Shown here: positions 24,244-37,914 of the stretch, piece by piece
Numbering within the stretch: position 1 is the stretch's first letter
Layout of the letters: the number at the start of each line of letters is the position of its first letter
DNA from: Paraphysomonas bandaiensis
Taxonomy: Eukaryota; Protista; Chrysophyceae
Direction of reading: 5' to 3'
DNA length: 64,000 nucleotides
Assembly (NCBI GenBank): GCA_965644295.1
Contig: CBFFRP010000258.1
Span: forward strand, 1 to 64,000
Program-made: the position numbers and the translations under genes
The notes under the pieces: generated by a model
Databases searched by the model: none
What the model was told of the DNA's origin: nothing
Seen by the model: only the letters and a program-made list of their open reading frames with translations

Positions 24244-26888
24244 ATGGCAGAAGAAACATCTTATCTCACAAAGAACGAGCGTAGTTTCATTGACAAATTG
24301 GGAAATGCATCTAGTGCAGTGGCTAGATTGGAATCAAATGACACCGCCAAGGAGGCCTTCGTACAAGAGATAGGACGCATACTATCTAAGCTTTCAAGCC
24401 TAGATAATAATATCAGCGATTCTGTATTGGATCTAGAGGTCGTGCTCTCTCTTCTTACAGATATCATTCAGGAGTGCAGCCTCGAGAATATGAAGAGTTT
24501 TGCGAGCAGTGAGAGTTTCGTAACCGGAATATTGTCTATTATTTCAAGGTGGCGGGCCGTCAGCTGTCAGAAAGTTCCGTCGTTATTGAATTTCCATAAT
24601 GCCTACCATATGGCTGTATTCGTACTGCTGGGGTTGATCAATGGAAGCTCATTATGCAAAGCTTTCTTTCATGTCGGTCGATTGTGTTATGTCAGCTCTG
24701 TATAATGATTGTTCGTCAGGTTGTGAAGTCCGCTAACCTGTTTGTCACGTATATTGAGCCTATCCCGGAGCTATTGGGAAACGAAACGCAGTTTTCAACT
24801 CAGGAAATGATGCTCGAAGTACTGTGTAGGTATTTTGTTTCATGGTAGCAGTAAAATACGTGAGAATGAAATGGCCAGGTTCTATTTGATATTTTCGAAA
24901 TCAGACAGAATGAAGGCCAAGGTTTGAAGTCGTTGTTGTAGTGTATCGAATTATTGTAGAGACAGAAACTGTTACGAAATGCGCCAGGAGAAATCGCGAT
25001 GCTGCTCGAAAAGCATGGTCCGCATTATGTGATATCGAACATGAGGTTATTATCTCTGCTCTTTTGATGCTAGTGTAAATACAGTCAGGTCTGCTTTGAA
25101 TGCTGTGAACGAACACAACCCCAATATTACGTCTGTTGAGTTGGAGAGTGCTGTGTATGTTGTGACGTGGACGCCATTGGAGCATGATATTCGTCTTGGA
25201 AGCAATGCGCACTGGCTCGACATCGGCCAGTCTGAAATGTCAATACCTATAGACAATACAACCATCTCTCTGCGATTCGATTCTGTTGATCGCGTATCAT
25301 ATTCTCTGACTCAAAAATCTTTTACGGTATCAATCCTGCCTTGAAGCTGTTGATTGAATGATGTGGGTGACGAGATTTTTTTTAGTTTTCGCTGACAGAG
25401 GTACCTCAGCATATGAATGAAGTGCTTCCACCGCGTCACCGCAGTACTGCTAGTCATCAGTGTACTCTTCGACTGTGTTTAAAGTCACAAGAGGTGTGCG
25501 GATTGTCTAAGTCTACTTTATTTATGTGTCGTAGAGCGTAGAACTTGTCGTGGAAATTCTACGGAACTTTTTCAAAATTCAAGTTAAAGATCACGAAAGG
25601 AAAGTATCAGGTATATATGTTTACATTGTGGTGATATCGTGATGAAAAAATGTTATATACCAGCAGTATCAACAAAAAGCAACACGGATTCTTCTATCCA
25701 GATTCCACCCGTAAGTGATACCTGTGATGTCGATGGGGAGGGTTACTGTGGCGGCGATAAATCTTTATCACAAGGTTCTTCAGAACATGTGATATCTACC
25801 TTGAATGGGTGCGTAGATGGCGGAAGCAGCGGTCTCATGTTTCTGCCACCCGTTACGCATACGCTTGAAGACAAGCTAATAACTTCCCGAGTCAGGCGGT
25901 ACAACTCACTTCGAGCTGCTCGACTGGCAGCGTTGAGCGAGATACGACCGATACAACCAATGGATAACTCACAGGAGCCATACCGGTCAGTGCCTGATGT
26001 TCCGACAAATGATTCTGCTGAAGTCAATTCAAAGAGTACCCAAGATACTCTCGTGATATCTGACGTGTCCGCTCCCTCTTCTCCGAAAGAGACAAATTGT
26101 CTTCCCCTTACATCGACCAACAGTTTGGCGAAGGAAAACTATAAACGCTGGGGAGATTCAACGTATGTATGGGAATCCGAGACAGCTACACCGGTAGCCT
26201 CAAGCAGAAGAACTGTTCAATATGAACAGCAAACGGTGACCAGAGTGGAGGCGTCTGAGCTCTCCAGTCTTCATCACACTTCCTTGCAAGATGACAATGC
26301 CATTCCAATGTGAGGAATTGTATATAAAACATAATGAGATACTTATTTGTCAAATAGGTTGGTTGCTGAATTAGCTCGCATGAAGCAGGAACGGGAGCAG
26401 CGCAAGCACACCAAGCAAAAGCGTAAGCTGTGCGAATTGGTGTACAGCCAGATCGAAGATTATATCACAGTTCAGTGGGCACCTTATATGGAAACGAGAT
26501 TGGCCATCGTGAGTTCTAAAGTTGGAAGCGATTTGGACAGCATATCCCTAGCTGTGGACGAATGCTGTAGATACATTGAGGAGCAATTCAAGGTTATTAT
26601 TTGTATTATCTGTCATAAGTTTAAGATGGAATTAATTATTTTGCTGTTTGGAAGGCTTTCGCGGCAGAGGGTGCTAAATTATCACAGCTTGTTGACAGTC
26701 TCTTGGTTGATAGGAACAACGCAGTGTCGGAGTTTGCTTCAGCTATTGAGGAAGAAGACATCGAGTTTGAAGGTTTTATGATGACTTTAAAAGCGAATAA
26801 AATTAAGAACGCAAAGGAACAAATTCAAAAAGTATGGGAATCCGACAACCAACATGCTGGTAGGAGGGTAAAAAATCTCCTAGTATAG
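24244..26888 (+). CDS. Multi-exon protein, candidate SYCP2/Red1/Rec10-like meiotic axis core protein
   Basis: Spliced product has a helical N-terminus, QEMMLEVLCR...RQKL...MRSALNAVN...ITSVELESA...HWLDI, then RKVS, a long Ser/Thr-rich linker and a ~150-aa C-terminal coiled coil. The gene itself is well supported; the family call is tentative. Confidence 0.5.
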
Positions 26889-28463
26889 CATGCCAGTGCG
26901 GTTTGCATATACTTGATTTATCACGACGTCTCTTTTCGACAAATTTAAGGTATTTTCGTTTGTAGCGCATGCAAACTCGTATTCTTGTTGAGTATGGTGA
27001 ACGAATTGTTTGGTATATATCTTAAGAGTCGTATATCTATTATATTATCGTAAGTGTTTTGTGGTAAGAGCATATTCTACATAAATAAATCAAAGTATCT
27101 ATATGAAACATGCTTTTTCTCTTGATATCTTCCTCAGTATTGAGTGAGTTTGGTGTTAGCGTGACCCCCCTAATACCACTAATCAACATCTACTACTGAA
27201 TATTTTCAATAAATATACTTATTACTCTCAGTCTCTATGGCTGTAATATATGGTCATATGTTCATTTCCTTCGTAGTAGTTCTCATTTTTTCTATAGAAT
27301 CTTTATTGTTGATTAGACTGGACATTAACCCTTAAGTGCTATATCTGCACAGCACGCAAGTAGGTGGAAGAATTCCTTAGTAAACAATACACGTGTGACC
27401 CATACATCACTATGAGAAACTCCGCGCATTCTGAAGAAGTGAGTGCATTGCCTGAAAGTGCTCTGGTGTTCACATCAAATACGCTTCGCTATATGACTAC
27501 TTAACATAATTTACTTGTCACAGAGAGTGTGCGATAATCCCATTGCAATTCGTCACTGATGCTAATATTCCACCCTGAACCTCTTCCACACAGATTGATG
27601 GCCTAATTACATGACGTTAACGTATACTCTTCTTACCGTAACGGAAAATGGTATGTGAGTTATATTCTAAGAAGAAATTCCTTGAAATTATCCCCGTGAA
27701 TGTCACTCTTTACTCTGGATATGCATGTCAGTTGTAACTCTTACTCGGATTCCATGCCAGTATTTCGTTGCCATTGTAGCGATCAGCAATGATTATATTC
27801 GACTTTAATTATCATTCCTTATGTGCCAATTAATTGGTACTATGGTCGCCCACACTATCCTCTACGTACCGTATGCACTGAATAACGTGGAAATACCCTC
27901 TTATCAGCAAATCATCGAGTTTTACTGTTTTAAATGAGATAATCACATTATAATCAAATCGATTGGGAGAATCACCACCAATAAACTGTGCATGCACTGC
28001 ACTGAAACAGATCTCTCGCAGCTGATGTCGTAGAGTCTCTTGAGGCTCCTCGTATTCATCGATCTCCAACCTTGGTAACTTCACAACTCTGGGAGGACCC
28101 CATTTCGAATAGTTCAGTATACCGTAATGGGCGTGGTAGTGTTTATAGTGTTCATTCCAATGAAGGACAGAGTTTTGGGTCTCTCACAAGATGTGATGGA
28201 AAATGTACGAGGGTTAGAATTCCAAATCCAAGATTTTGGGAATGTTTTTTGGGAGTTTTGTTGAAATATCGATGTTTTAGTTGAAGAAAAAAATGGGGGC
28301 TTTATCTTCTAACCACCTGGAAAAAGTGTTGAAAATGGAAAGGACAAGTGTGGGTGTACATTATATGGATACGAATGCATCATCAGAGAACGAAGTGATC
28401 TTCGAGTGATGTGACACAATTAAGACGATAAATCACTTGTATTTACGTCGTACATATATTTCT

Positions 28464-31400
28464 ATGTCTATAAACGGGAATGATAATCAGAGTGGTAGTC
28501 CGGATGTAGAAGAACCGAACAGTTCTAATCTGAGCACAGCTAGGCAGAAGGGGAGGCGGGGTAGTAGCAACCATCTCCCCGCCTCCCACCAGAGATCGTT
28601 ACCTAACTCCCCTGTGTCGAGTAGTTCAAGAGGGCGTAGGAGGGGAAAAGCAAGTGGAAGAATGAGGAACAAGAACAGATCGAAGCTAATCGAGGATGCA
28701 CAGGTTAGTCACTGATTATAAACTCCTTCCATGATCCAGTGAATATAGCCCGCACAGTTAATGACTACAAATTCAGCCCCACTAGACGAACGTACTGATG
28801 TATATAAATTAGATGGGGATGGAATCAATACCGATATGGGACACCTGCGTGACGTACGTAGCCATATGCTATACACGAAACGGTAATAATTTATATACAG
28901 CGGACTAGTATTCAGGAAGGCAATAGCGAAAGTCAGGATAAGCATACTGTAAATGCACAAAGTATGACATGTACTGTGCCTGTTTCATCGGGAGGACCCT
29001 ACCCTCCGGAAGTCACAGAGGAGGGAACCCAGGGAACATCGTGTCCAGAGGACCATAGGTCGAGTTCGTCGAACTCAGATAAAAAGCAGACGGTGTATGA
29101 GAAAAAACAATCACCAAAGGTACTTATGCTCCGAACACCTCTCGCTGAGCATGTTCCATTCGTGCATGCAGTCTCCAGCCTACAACATCCTTACTTCGCC
29201 TCCCCGGGTCACCGGAATATGCACGTTACTTCATCGCACCACTGTGCCGGAGGAGGTGTTGTCATGAACTCCCGGGATCCTCGTATGACCATACCGCACC
29301 CCTCAGGAATGACCACCAGGCCGGTGCCTTTGATGCAACCCCAATTCCCATACCGTTTCTCCCATCAGGTAATCCAACAACCCACTATAAGTGTGAATAG
29401 TGTTCCGGTCCAACATTCCCATCACTCCTTTGAGCAGCAGGCAGCTATGTATTCCATGCACCAGCCAGGGTAATATACTGCTTTAAATTTTCACGTGATG
29501 TTAATATACTTTGCAGGTATGCACAGAATTTTCATCCCAGTTGCATTCCTGGCGCTCCAATGATTTCCCGGAGCTCTGTCATAATGGGAATGCCCGGTGA
29601 CCCAATGAGTGGACCTCATAGAAACATGATGCCCATCACGGACAATCGCTTTATGGGTCAGACTTTGCTTGGATTCACTGGGATACTTTCATACCGCCAG
29701 CAGCATGTACCGCAACCACAGTATGTCAACGCCGGTCAGCCGATGAGCTCTGAGATGATTTCTCACCTGCAGCCTCCGTATATTTATCAGCATAAAGCTA
29801 GTGACCGGCCCCTCCGGCAGCATTACGGGGTCAATTATTCACAACAGATGTCGCTACCACTACAATCACTTCAGCACTCTACAGGTCCGCCCAAGAAGAA
29901 GCCATCCTTGCGGGACAAATCAGGCAATGTAATCAGTCTAGAAGATCTCAGAGGGAATTCATCACCCCGTGGTAGTGGGTCTATGATATCATCTCCCATT
30001 ACTCTTGCCAGCGACATGGGACGATCTCCTAGTGTGCACACGCCTGATTCACTTCCTTCTGCCAAAACACTAGCTTCCCTTTTGGGCGTAACATTGGTTC
30101 ATCCCGTTGTCGCTCAAGTTCGAGCACCTGATAGCGAGTTACATTTAGTACAATCTGATATCACTGCACCTTCTGTATCTACTGCCTCCACATCTGTTGA
30201 TCACTTCTCATATACGGGAACGATGCCCAACTCTAATGAAGGGTCCAAGGATATATCGGAATCAACAAGGAGTGATCATTTAACCGACACCGCTGTCGGT
30301 GAGAAGGCGTCCACTGTAGAGATGGGGTCAACTCAAATCGAAGGCGCTTCTGATACCTATGGTCCATCCAACACTACCTCTGAAGTACCCCCATTGATAG
30401 GGTCGCAGTTAGTCAATCCAACCCAAGATATAATGGCTCAGGATTTCTTTGCCACCAATGCTGGTGCTGACTCAGCCGAATGCAGTCCAATCATAGACTT
30501 CACTGCTTCTAATTGTGATGCATTGTTGACACCTAGTATTTGTCAAAGTACTGTGCTTCAGGTGTCATGTAAAAATGACAACACGTCGGAGTCGAAGGTT
30601 GAAAGTGTAGCAGCCAGAAAGTCTACACCTGCTAGCACATCCGGACAAGCATCAGAATGCGCAACCAGTATTTCAGTCGCTACCAATACGGAGGTGCCTA
30701 TAGCCAAGGTTGAAGACGCAATGGATGAATCCACCTGGGAGAATGAGTCCAGTGCAGATATTAGAGCCCGTGTAATTGAAAATAACAGAAACCTTTTTTT
30801 TTGTAAGGACAAGCTTGTCGTGGCTGACTCTAAGTCTGGTGCATACACCTCCGAGTCTACCTCTGTTATCAACCCGGTGGAGGTCATTAGTGTCACCGAT
30901 TCAGTTCCCTCACGTCCTGTTCCATATTCCAAACCAACCGACAATTGGGAAGTACAAGCTGAAACAAATAAGCGGAAACCTGCAATACGTTCTCTTCGAC
31001 CTCAGGGTAAGAAACTCAACGCAGGCTCCCGACCAGTGACTACCGCCCCGATGTATATTTACTGCAAAGCAGAGCTCTTGAAGTTGAAGATCCCGAAAGA
31101 GCAAATGGAATGTCCGCGCCTTTGTATGTCGTACGGTAGCATCGTGGCGATATGGAAGACGTCGAATCCCCAATACCTGCAGCAAGGAGGCCCCAACAAA
31201 CGGTGGAAACAGGGCGGGCACTCTCATCATCAACAGTATTCCAACGTACCATTGGAGGATAAGCAGGTTTCAGGATGGAATAGAGGACAGCAGCAGACGC
31301 TACCTCCTCAGCAGCAACGAAGGAACCCCCGTCGTGGACCTACTCCCCCCATGCCGAAAAAGGTAATCACAGACCCACTGGAGGTCATGTCTAGAGAGGT

Positions 31401-33380
31401 TTTTTCAATACTCAACAAGATAACCCCCCACACTCTTCTGAAGCTCACAAGTCAGATCGCCGATATCAGTATTATAAGCAGCACAATGCTCGACCAATTA
31501 ACGCAGCTCGTATTTGATAAAGCTGTTAACGAACCCAATTTTGCTAGTCTTTATGCCGAGATGTGTTATATATTGAACACAAGGAGCACTTTCACTGATT
31601 TCTGTCATGTTGTTTGGAACAAAGACAGCAATCAGTACCTTTGGATTCGAGATATGGAATACAGTAACTGTTTATCTGGTCCGTACTCCTCAGTTGAGGA
31701 ATGCGTTGACGCGACTCTTGGCATTAACTGCCCTCCTACTCAGCCTATCAAGTGCCCAGTTTCCGTCATCGATATTACGATTGTAAGAGGGATTCTCATT
31801 AGTGTAAGTGCAATGAAACCTTCTGCTGCTGCTTTTATGTATGTATAGGTATTCAAAACCACGGATAGAGATGACTTTTTTGTTACATTTATTCCATTTG
31901 CTGATTTTGATGACGCGAAGAAGAGTGGGACTTGTTTTCCCACTCGCGAAGCAGCGTTGAAATCCATTAGTTTGAGGCACGGTTTCCAGAAGAAACTTGT
32001 CAGGATATGTCAGAATGAGTATATTGACGCAGTTTCCAATGTATGAGTCTACCTTTCTCCTTAGTCTTCATAAATTACTGTCACAGACTGGGTATTATTC
32101 CTCTCCATCAAAGCGTTGGAAAAAACTTTCTCGCGAAAAGGCTAATATGACTGCTGACGAGGTGGCGATGGAGCAGCTGGAGATTGAAGAGCTGGAAGGT
32201 GCTGTCAAGCGCCGCATGTTTGGCAACATTCACTTCATCGGAGAGCTGTACAAAAAGGGAATGATTCGTCACGTTCACATACATGACTGTATCGATGAGC
32301 TTCTTTTCGGAAAGTCTGTTGGGGATCAGGAGCTGGAGCTGGTCTGTAGACTTTTGCGGACAGTGGGATATTGTATGGAGAATGTATACATGGCGCAAGA
32401 AGAATCGCTGCAGAAACAGAAAAAATGGGAAGAACAAGAAAAGGTGTTTAACTCGTACTTTGTGAAATTGTCAGAATTGGCGACAGAAGAGCGAATCAGC
32501 CCTCGAATCCGATTTTCTATAGAGGAAATAATCTCTTTACGCAACAATAACTGGAAGGAGAGGCGTGAAACTGATAGTCCTGCTCTAGTCGGCGAAATTC
32601 GTATGAAGGTAGTGAGTAAGGGGCAGATGAAGCGACAGCAATATAATCGAGGGAGAGACCGAGAAGGTACGCAGTCATTGCAAGACAGTCGGATGGGGGG
32701 CGCAGGTCGAGGAGGGGTACGATATCAGGCTGACGATGTACATAAGAGTTCTGCTGAATCGGTTTACTCGGTTGGAAGGGATACACCCCATCAACCCCGA
32801 TACGACTCTTCATCTGGTGGCCCACAGAAAAACCCTGTGGAAAAGCTGTCTTATGATGTATTGAAACGCAAAACTAGCACAATTGTGGATGAGTACCTCT
32901 CATTGAGAGATTTGAAGGAAACAAATGACTGCATGGAAGAGTTGCCGCCCAACGCCTGTGGAGAAGTGGTGTTGAGGGTCATTGAGAAGTACCTAAACTG
33001 CAATAAGAGCGATAAGCAGAGTGAGATGATACAGTTCCTCAATAGGATCATGCCTCGACTTCGGGTGGCGCAAATGCATGTGGAAGCTAGTCTGCGCAAA
33101 TGTGAAGATCTGTTACTGCTTGTTGATGTTGTGGTGGATGTTATAAAAGTCAGTTCATACTATCGTGCCAAAGTACTCTATTTTACTTTGTTGTTGCTTT
33201 TAGGCGCCGGAGTGGCTTGGAAATGTCATCAGTGTACTGATTCAAGGATCAGCCTGTCGACGAGAAGTTATTGACGAGGTCCTTGTACAGGTTAGAGCAG
33301 AGAACCAAAACGATGCGTTCGGTATACCTGATCATGAATTAGTTGCCATACATCAAAGATTTTTGTCGTCGCTATCTTAG
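28464..33380 (+). CDS. EIF4G: Translation initiation factor eIF4G (start uncertain: 28464 or 28964)
   Basis: eIF4E-binding motif YCKAELLKL, MIF4G motifs (ILNKITP, VFDKAVNEPNFASLYAEMC, KRRMFGNIHFIGELYK, RIRF..RNNNW), and an MA3-like IVDEYLSLRDLKE. The final exon ends at TAG 33380. Confidence 0.88.
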
Positions 33381-34091
33381 ATAATGATATTATCATTCTT
33401 GATAGGAAATGTAAATATACGAGATTTTTGTATCAAGTCGGCTTAAATGCATCACAACATACCCTATTGCAGTTTGCATGATACACGGTGTCAATTTATT
33501 GTTGAATTATTTGTTTCTACTGCTAACAATATGCAAGCATTTTACTGCCTCGCCATATGTTAATTATTGGAACAATAGTTGACTGTATTTGTAGTCGCCA
33601 TCTTTACGATATAGGCTTCCTTGGGACCCGCGGGAAAATATTATCAGTAATGACATTCGGATGGTGTTGCGTACTTTGGTAGATCCGGGTGGGTACCTAA
33701 CTAATACTTGGTTAAGTCCCATACGATATTTGCTAGCTACCTACTGAACCCAACTAGCTACATCATTATCACCCGGTATTTAGCACTGAATATGCAGTGA
33801 GAACCCGAGTGGGGAAGCGCTGAACTAAGCAATGTGTACATAGGTGGTAGAGGTGCGCGGTCGCAGCACTCAACAGCACCCACTAGAGGCTAGAGGGCCG
33901 CACACGGTGATTACCTAGGGCAGGCATAACTTAATATAATCATATGCTCTTTCAGGTATAATTTATCAGATAGAATAATCTGTGGCGACCTCCTAGTTAT
34001 TTATAATACAGTAACTAGCAGCTACTATGAATACAGCTTCGCTCTGATGCATATACCTAAGACACAATCTACAATACTTTAGACATCGATA

Positions 34092-34640
34092 CTAAATACT
34101 TTCTGACGATCCATCAGTGTATCCTTTCAGAGCAGGAACTGGTGGAATGCCCTTAGGCGTTTTATGTGGAGGCACAATGTGTCCAAACTGATCACCCCAC
34201 ATATCGCGTTGTACTTCAATGCCACGGTTATGTTCCTCAGCAGGCAGAAACGGCCTACTATGGTCAAACCCACGGCCAGGTATACCGAACAACGAATCAA
34301 CTCCTTGAAACGGATCAAACCTTTCCCCTGGACTAGCCCCAAATCCAAATGACCCAAAGATACTATCTAACAACGAGGAGCCTAACGCATGGCCGTTATC
34401 ATATTCAAAAAATGAGTGGCTCTGCATGCTGTCATGCAGACTGTCATCAGTAGTTTTCTCTATATTTCTAAATACTTCAACTGGTCTCTCATTTGGACAT
34501 TTTCTCATAATTGATTTAATGTTCTCACATATAAATCCTTCACCATTTTTATTGGAGCACATCTTCCTGAATGACTGGGAATAAGAGCACCCGGGGTGGT
34601 TCTTTCTGTCTTCTTCAATTTTGAAATCTTCGTCTTCCAT
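34092..34640 (-). CDS. Hypothetical protein resembling the plant Mal d 1-associated protein family
   Basis: Four-Cys N-terminal pattern CSYSQSFRKMC...FICENIKSIMRKCPNERPVEV..E.T.DD, followed by a Phe/Gly/Pro-rich tail. Confidence 0.55.
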   Translation of the reverse strand: MEDEDFKIEEDRKNHPGCSYSQSFRKMCSNKNGEGFICENIKSIMRKCPNERPVEVFRNIEKTTDDSLHDSMQSHSFFEYDNGHALGSSLLDSIFGSFGFGASPGERFDPFQGVDSLFGIPGRGFDHSRPFLPAEEHNRGIEVQRDMWGDQFGHIVPPHKTPKGIPPVPALKGYTDGSSESI

Positions 34641-35135
34641 TCCGAGAGGGAATATAGGTTCTGTGCGAATTACCAGCGTGTTTCAGATATAATTGAATTG
34701 AAGAGAACCTGATAATGTATAGTCAATTAGCCGCCCATTCATTCAACAAACAAAAGAACTGAAAAAAAATTCGAGAACAAAAAAACAGGTTCGAATCTGC
34801 CGCAGATCCACACCGTCAGATACAACTACAGAGTACAGTACAGTACATCATAGTACGATCGCGAACTGTTTTATTGTCATATATTTTTTGAGAATTTGTA
34901 AATGGACAAAATTACCATATGGAACATCTCATAGTTTGGATACGAAAACAAACTTTGTACAGAGTACACACACCGTCAGCGATACCGTATGTGTAGAAAG
35001 CATGCGTATGTCTGCACATACTCCAATCTACCAAACCCACTCGATAGAATTATCATACCATGAAATAGATGAATTAAACTTCAACAAAGAGAGAGGGGTA
35101 GTCATTGTATCACTATTTGTAACTATCAGTTCGAT

Positions 35136-37914
35136 ATGGAAGAGACAGCTAAGAAGCTGCCTCTGTCCAAGGTCCGTTTTGAGTATAGTTTGTCTTGTGT
35201 TCTACTCACAGGATTCATTCTGTCTCTGGCGGTGTTGTTTTCGAATTCCAACGCCTTTAAAGACGTTATATTTCAGAGTTTCCAAAGACTCGATGTTAAG
35301 TATGCGGCTGTGTCATCTATTGTCGCTCTAGGTCCATTATCTTTGGGCTTAATCAACACTAACCTGCTTGTAGAACAGTGGCCGCATCATATATATTTAA
35401 TTTTCTTTTTCCTTTCTGGAATTGCTGATATAATAGTGATATACACTGGTGACGGTACATACATTGTGCCACTACATATACTTCAGGAGATAGGATTTAC
35501 CCTTGGTTTATTTGGGTTGCTATGGGCGCTGCAGAAACGTATGGCGACAGACTTATTGGCAATAATGTACTCCTCACTCTGGGCGTTGTCTGTGTTGTTG
35601 CAATCCATATTTTCAAGTTATGATTGCCAGTTCACTCTCTTTGTTATTCCATATGTCATAGCCGGAATATCAATCATAATGTTTTTGGTCGACAGTTTCG
35701 ATATTATTGTCCCACCCCCCCAACAGGAAAGTCTGTCTGTTGCAACTAAACATTCCAGAGTGCTGTATATGGTGGTTCTTGTCTGTATTATTCTTGCGGG
35801 ACAAGTGTCTACTGCGTATGGATACACGCTTCGTAAGAGTGAATATGGTGACTATTTACTTTTCCATTATTTACTCCGAACTTTTTGTCTTGTCCATGTT
35901 AATGCAATGTCACCGATGTCACTGCATGTAGATGCCGAGGTAAGGCGAATTGTGTGTTTTTACCATGTAAACGAATATTCAGGTGGCGTTGACAAAGCAA
36001 AAGACATTTGTTCGCAATTTGTCACACGAGATAAGAACTCCTATGAACGCTGCCTTCGTCGGCTTGCAGCTAATGAGGGAAGCAGCCATTAGCCAGATAA
36101 AGCAGGACACGTCAACATTACCTGCACGTCATTCTGTTATTGGGTTTCAACATCCGTCACCTTCTGCGGCCTCCAAGCAGTCGAGTAATCTGGAGCACAG
36201 TTTTCATCAGCTAATGGCAGACAGTCGCAGGGTTTTATCCCCTCAGCATAGGACTACGACCAACGCACTGGACGATATGGAGAGGGGAGATAATTCAGGG
36301 AAAATATCTCCGTCAAGGAGACTAGTAGCTATGAGTCAAAGTGGCGCATGCTGTCGTGAGTCACCGAAGTCTGACCGCATGGATCAAAACTTTGAAAACG
36401 ACGCATCAGATAGTGACCCTCGAAATAGACCCACATCCCTAGTGTACATAGATGAGGTGACGACCTCCTGTGAAATTGCATTGGAGGTGTTGAATGAGAT
36501 GCTTTTGTTTGACAAAATCAACAGCGGAATAATGACAGCAGAATATACAGTCGCAGAAATGCTGGGGGTTATATTAGATCCACTGAAATCACTTAAAATA
36601 TCGGTATATTTGTGTGGTGACATTGAGTTAATAGGTTTGATAGTATTTTGATATAGGCAACTTATAAACGTATCAATTTGGTGCTACCACAGTCTCACCT
36701 GAGTCAGAAGTATTATGAATGCATGGTAGTCGTCGATGTTCCTAAGATTGCAAAAGTAATGCGGAATCTTGTATCAAATGCAATTAAATTTTCGCCGGAG
36801 AAAGGATGCGTTTCTGTGGATATCGGATTTGAAAAAAAGTCAGCATTACTTGCCATGAGTAAGAAATTGCGAGATCAGGTAAAGAAACCGCATCCAGATA
36901 TTATGAGGGTGGCAAAGGCCAATAAACTCAGTAAGAATGGTTATGTGCGAGTTTCAGTGAGTGACAATGGTGTGGGCATTGCCAAGGTAGATGGAAATAG
37001 TTAGTTTGGCGCCACTGAACTCATTGTAGGATAATCAAGAACGCTTGTTCGGTGAAATAATGCAAATCAAGCCTGGAAAGTATCAAAATGGACAAGGCTC
37101 GGGACTCGGTTTGCTAAGTAAGTGTCTTTTATCATAGATGACATTTGTGATGTTTCTGTATCTCTGATATACAGTTTCTGGGGAGATTGTGCACTTGCAC
37201 TCTGGTATATACGCAGTTTCTTCTCCTGGAGAAGGGTTGGGATCGACTTTCACTATATATTTACCGGCATTCTTTTCTACGTCAAGCATTGTTATGAGAG
37301 ATAGTGACTCGGAGTATTCATTCAGTGTTTCCACCATACTGAAGTCTGTGCGCATCTCACCGTCAATGGGCAGAACCCTCCTATCTCGGACCGTCCTCTC
37401 TGACAACAAGGAGAACAAGGTAGTCCATCCAGAGGTTCTTGAGTCCGAGTATAAAAGAAGTTTTGATAATGGGTTTACTTCTGATATTTGTACTAAAGCT
37501 TTTGTTCTGCGTCGCGTGATGATTGTAGATGACACATCATCAAACCGAAAGATACTCCGCCGACTGCTGGGAACACGCAATACTCGTGATATTGATGAGG
37601 CGGAGACAGGAGCAGAGGCAATAGAAAAACTGAGAAGTGTCATTCAATCTGTTGCTGACTCTGGGAGTGACACAGAGACTATGTATGATCTCATATTATT
37701 GGACTATGAGATGCCGGGCCTCACTGGGCCAGAGACTGCTAAAGCCATTCGGGATATGGGATACAATCGGGCTATTATTGGCCTCACAGGCCATATCGAA
37801 GAGAGTATACACAAACTGTTTAGAAACATGGGTGCAGATGCTGTTTTAGGAAAGCCATTGAATCTAAAAGAATTTGACATAGTTTTGACAGGTGTGATGC
37901 GATTTGTGTATTAA
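35136..37914 (+). CDS. Membrane-bound hybrid histidine kinase (multi-TM - HisKA - HATPase_c - receiver), several short introns
   Basis: H-box SHEIRTPMN, N-box NLVSNAIKFS, G1 DNGVGI, G2 GSGLGL, GEGLGSTF. Receiver: IVDD...LLDYEMPGLTG...LTG...KP. About 7-8 hydrophobic helices at the N-terminus. Confidence 0.9.

Noticed and set aside
27200-28300. Possible transposase remnant or 84-aa gene (27830-28084)
   Set aside because: No recognisable motif or paired termini, so it is left unannotated.
33845-33920. Lysine riboswitch (GGTAGAGGTGCGC start)
   Set aside because: The downstream loop-E, P3-P5 and closing elements are not present in the right order; only the first ~12 nt resemble it.
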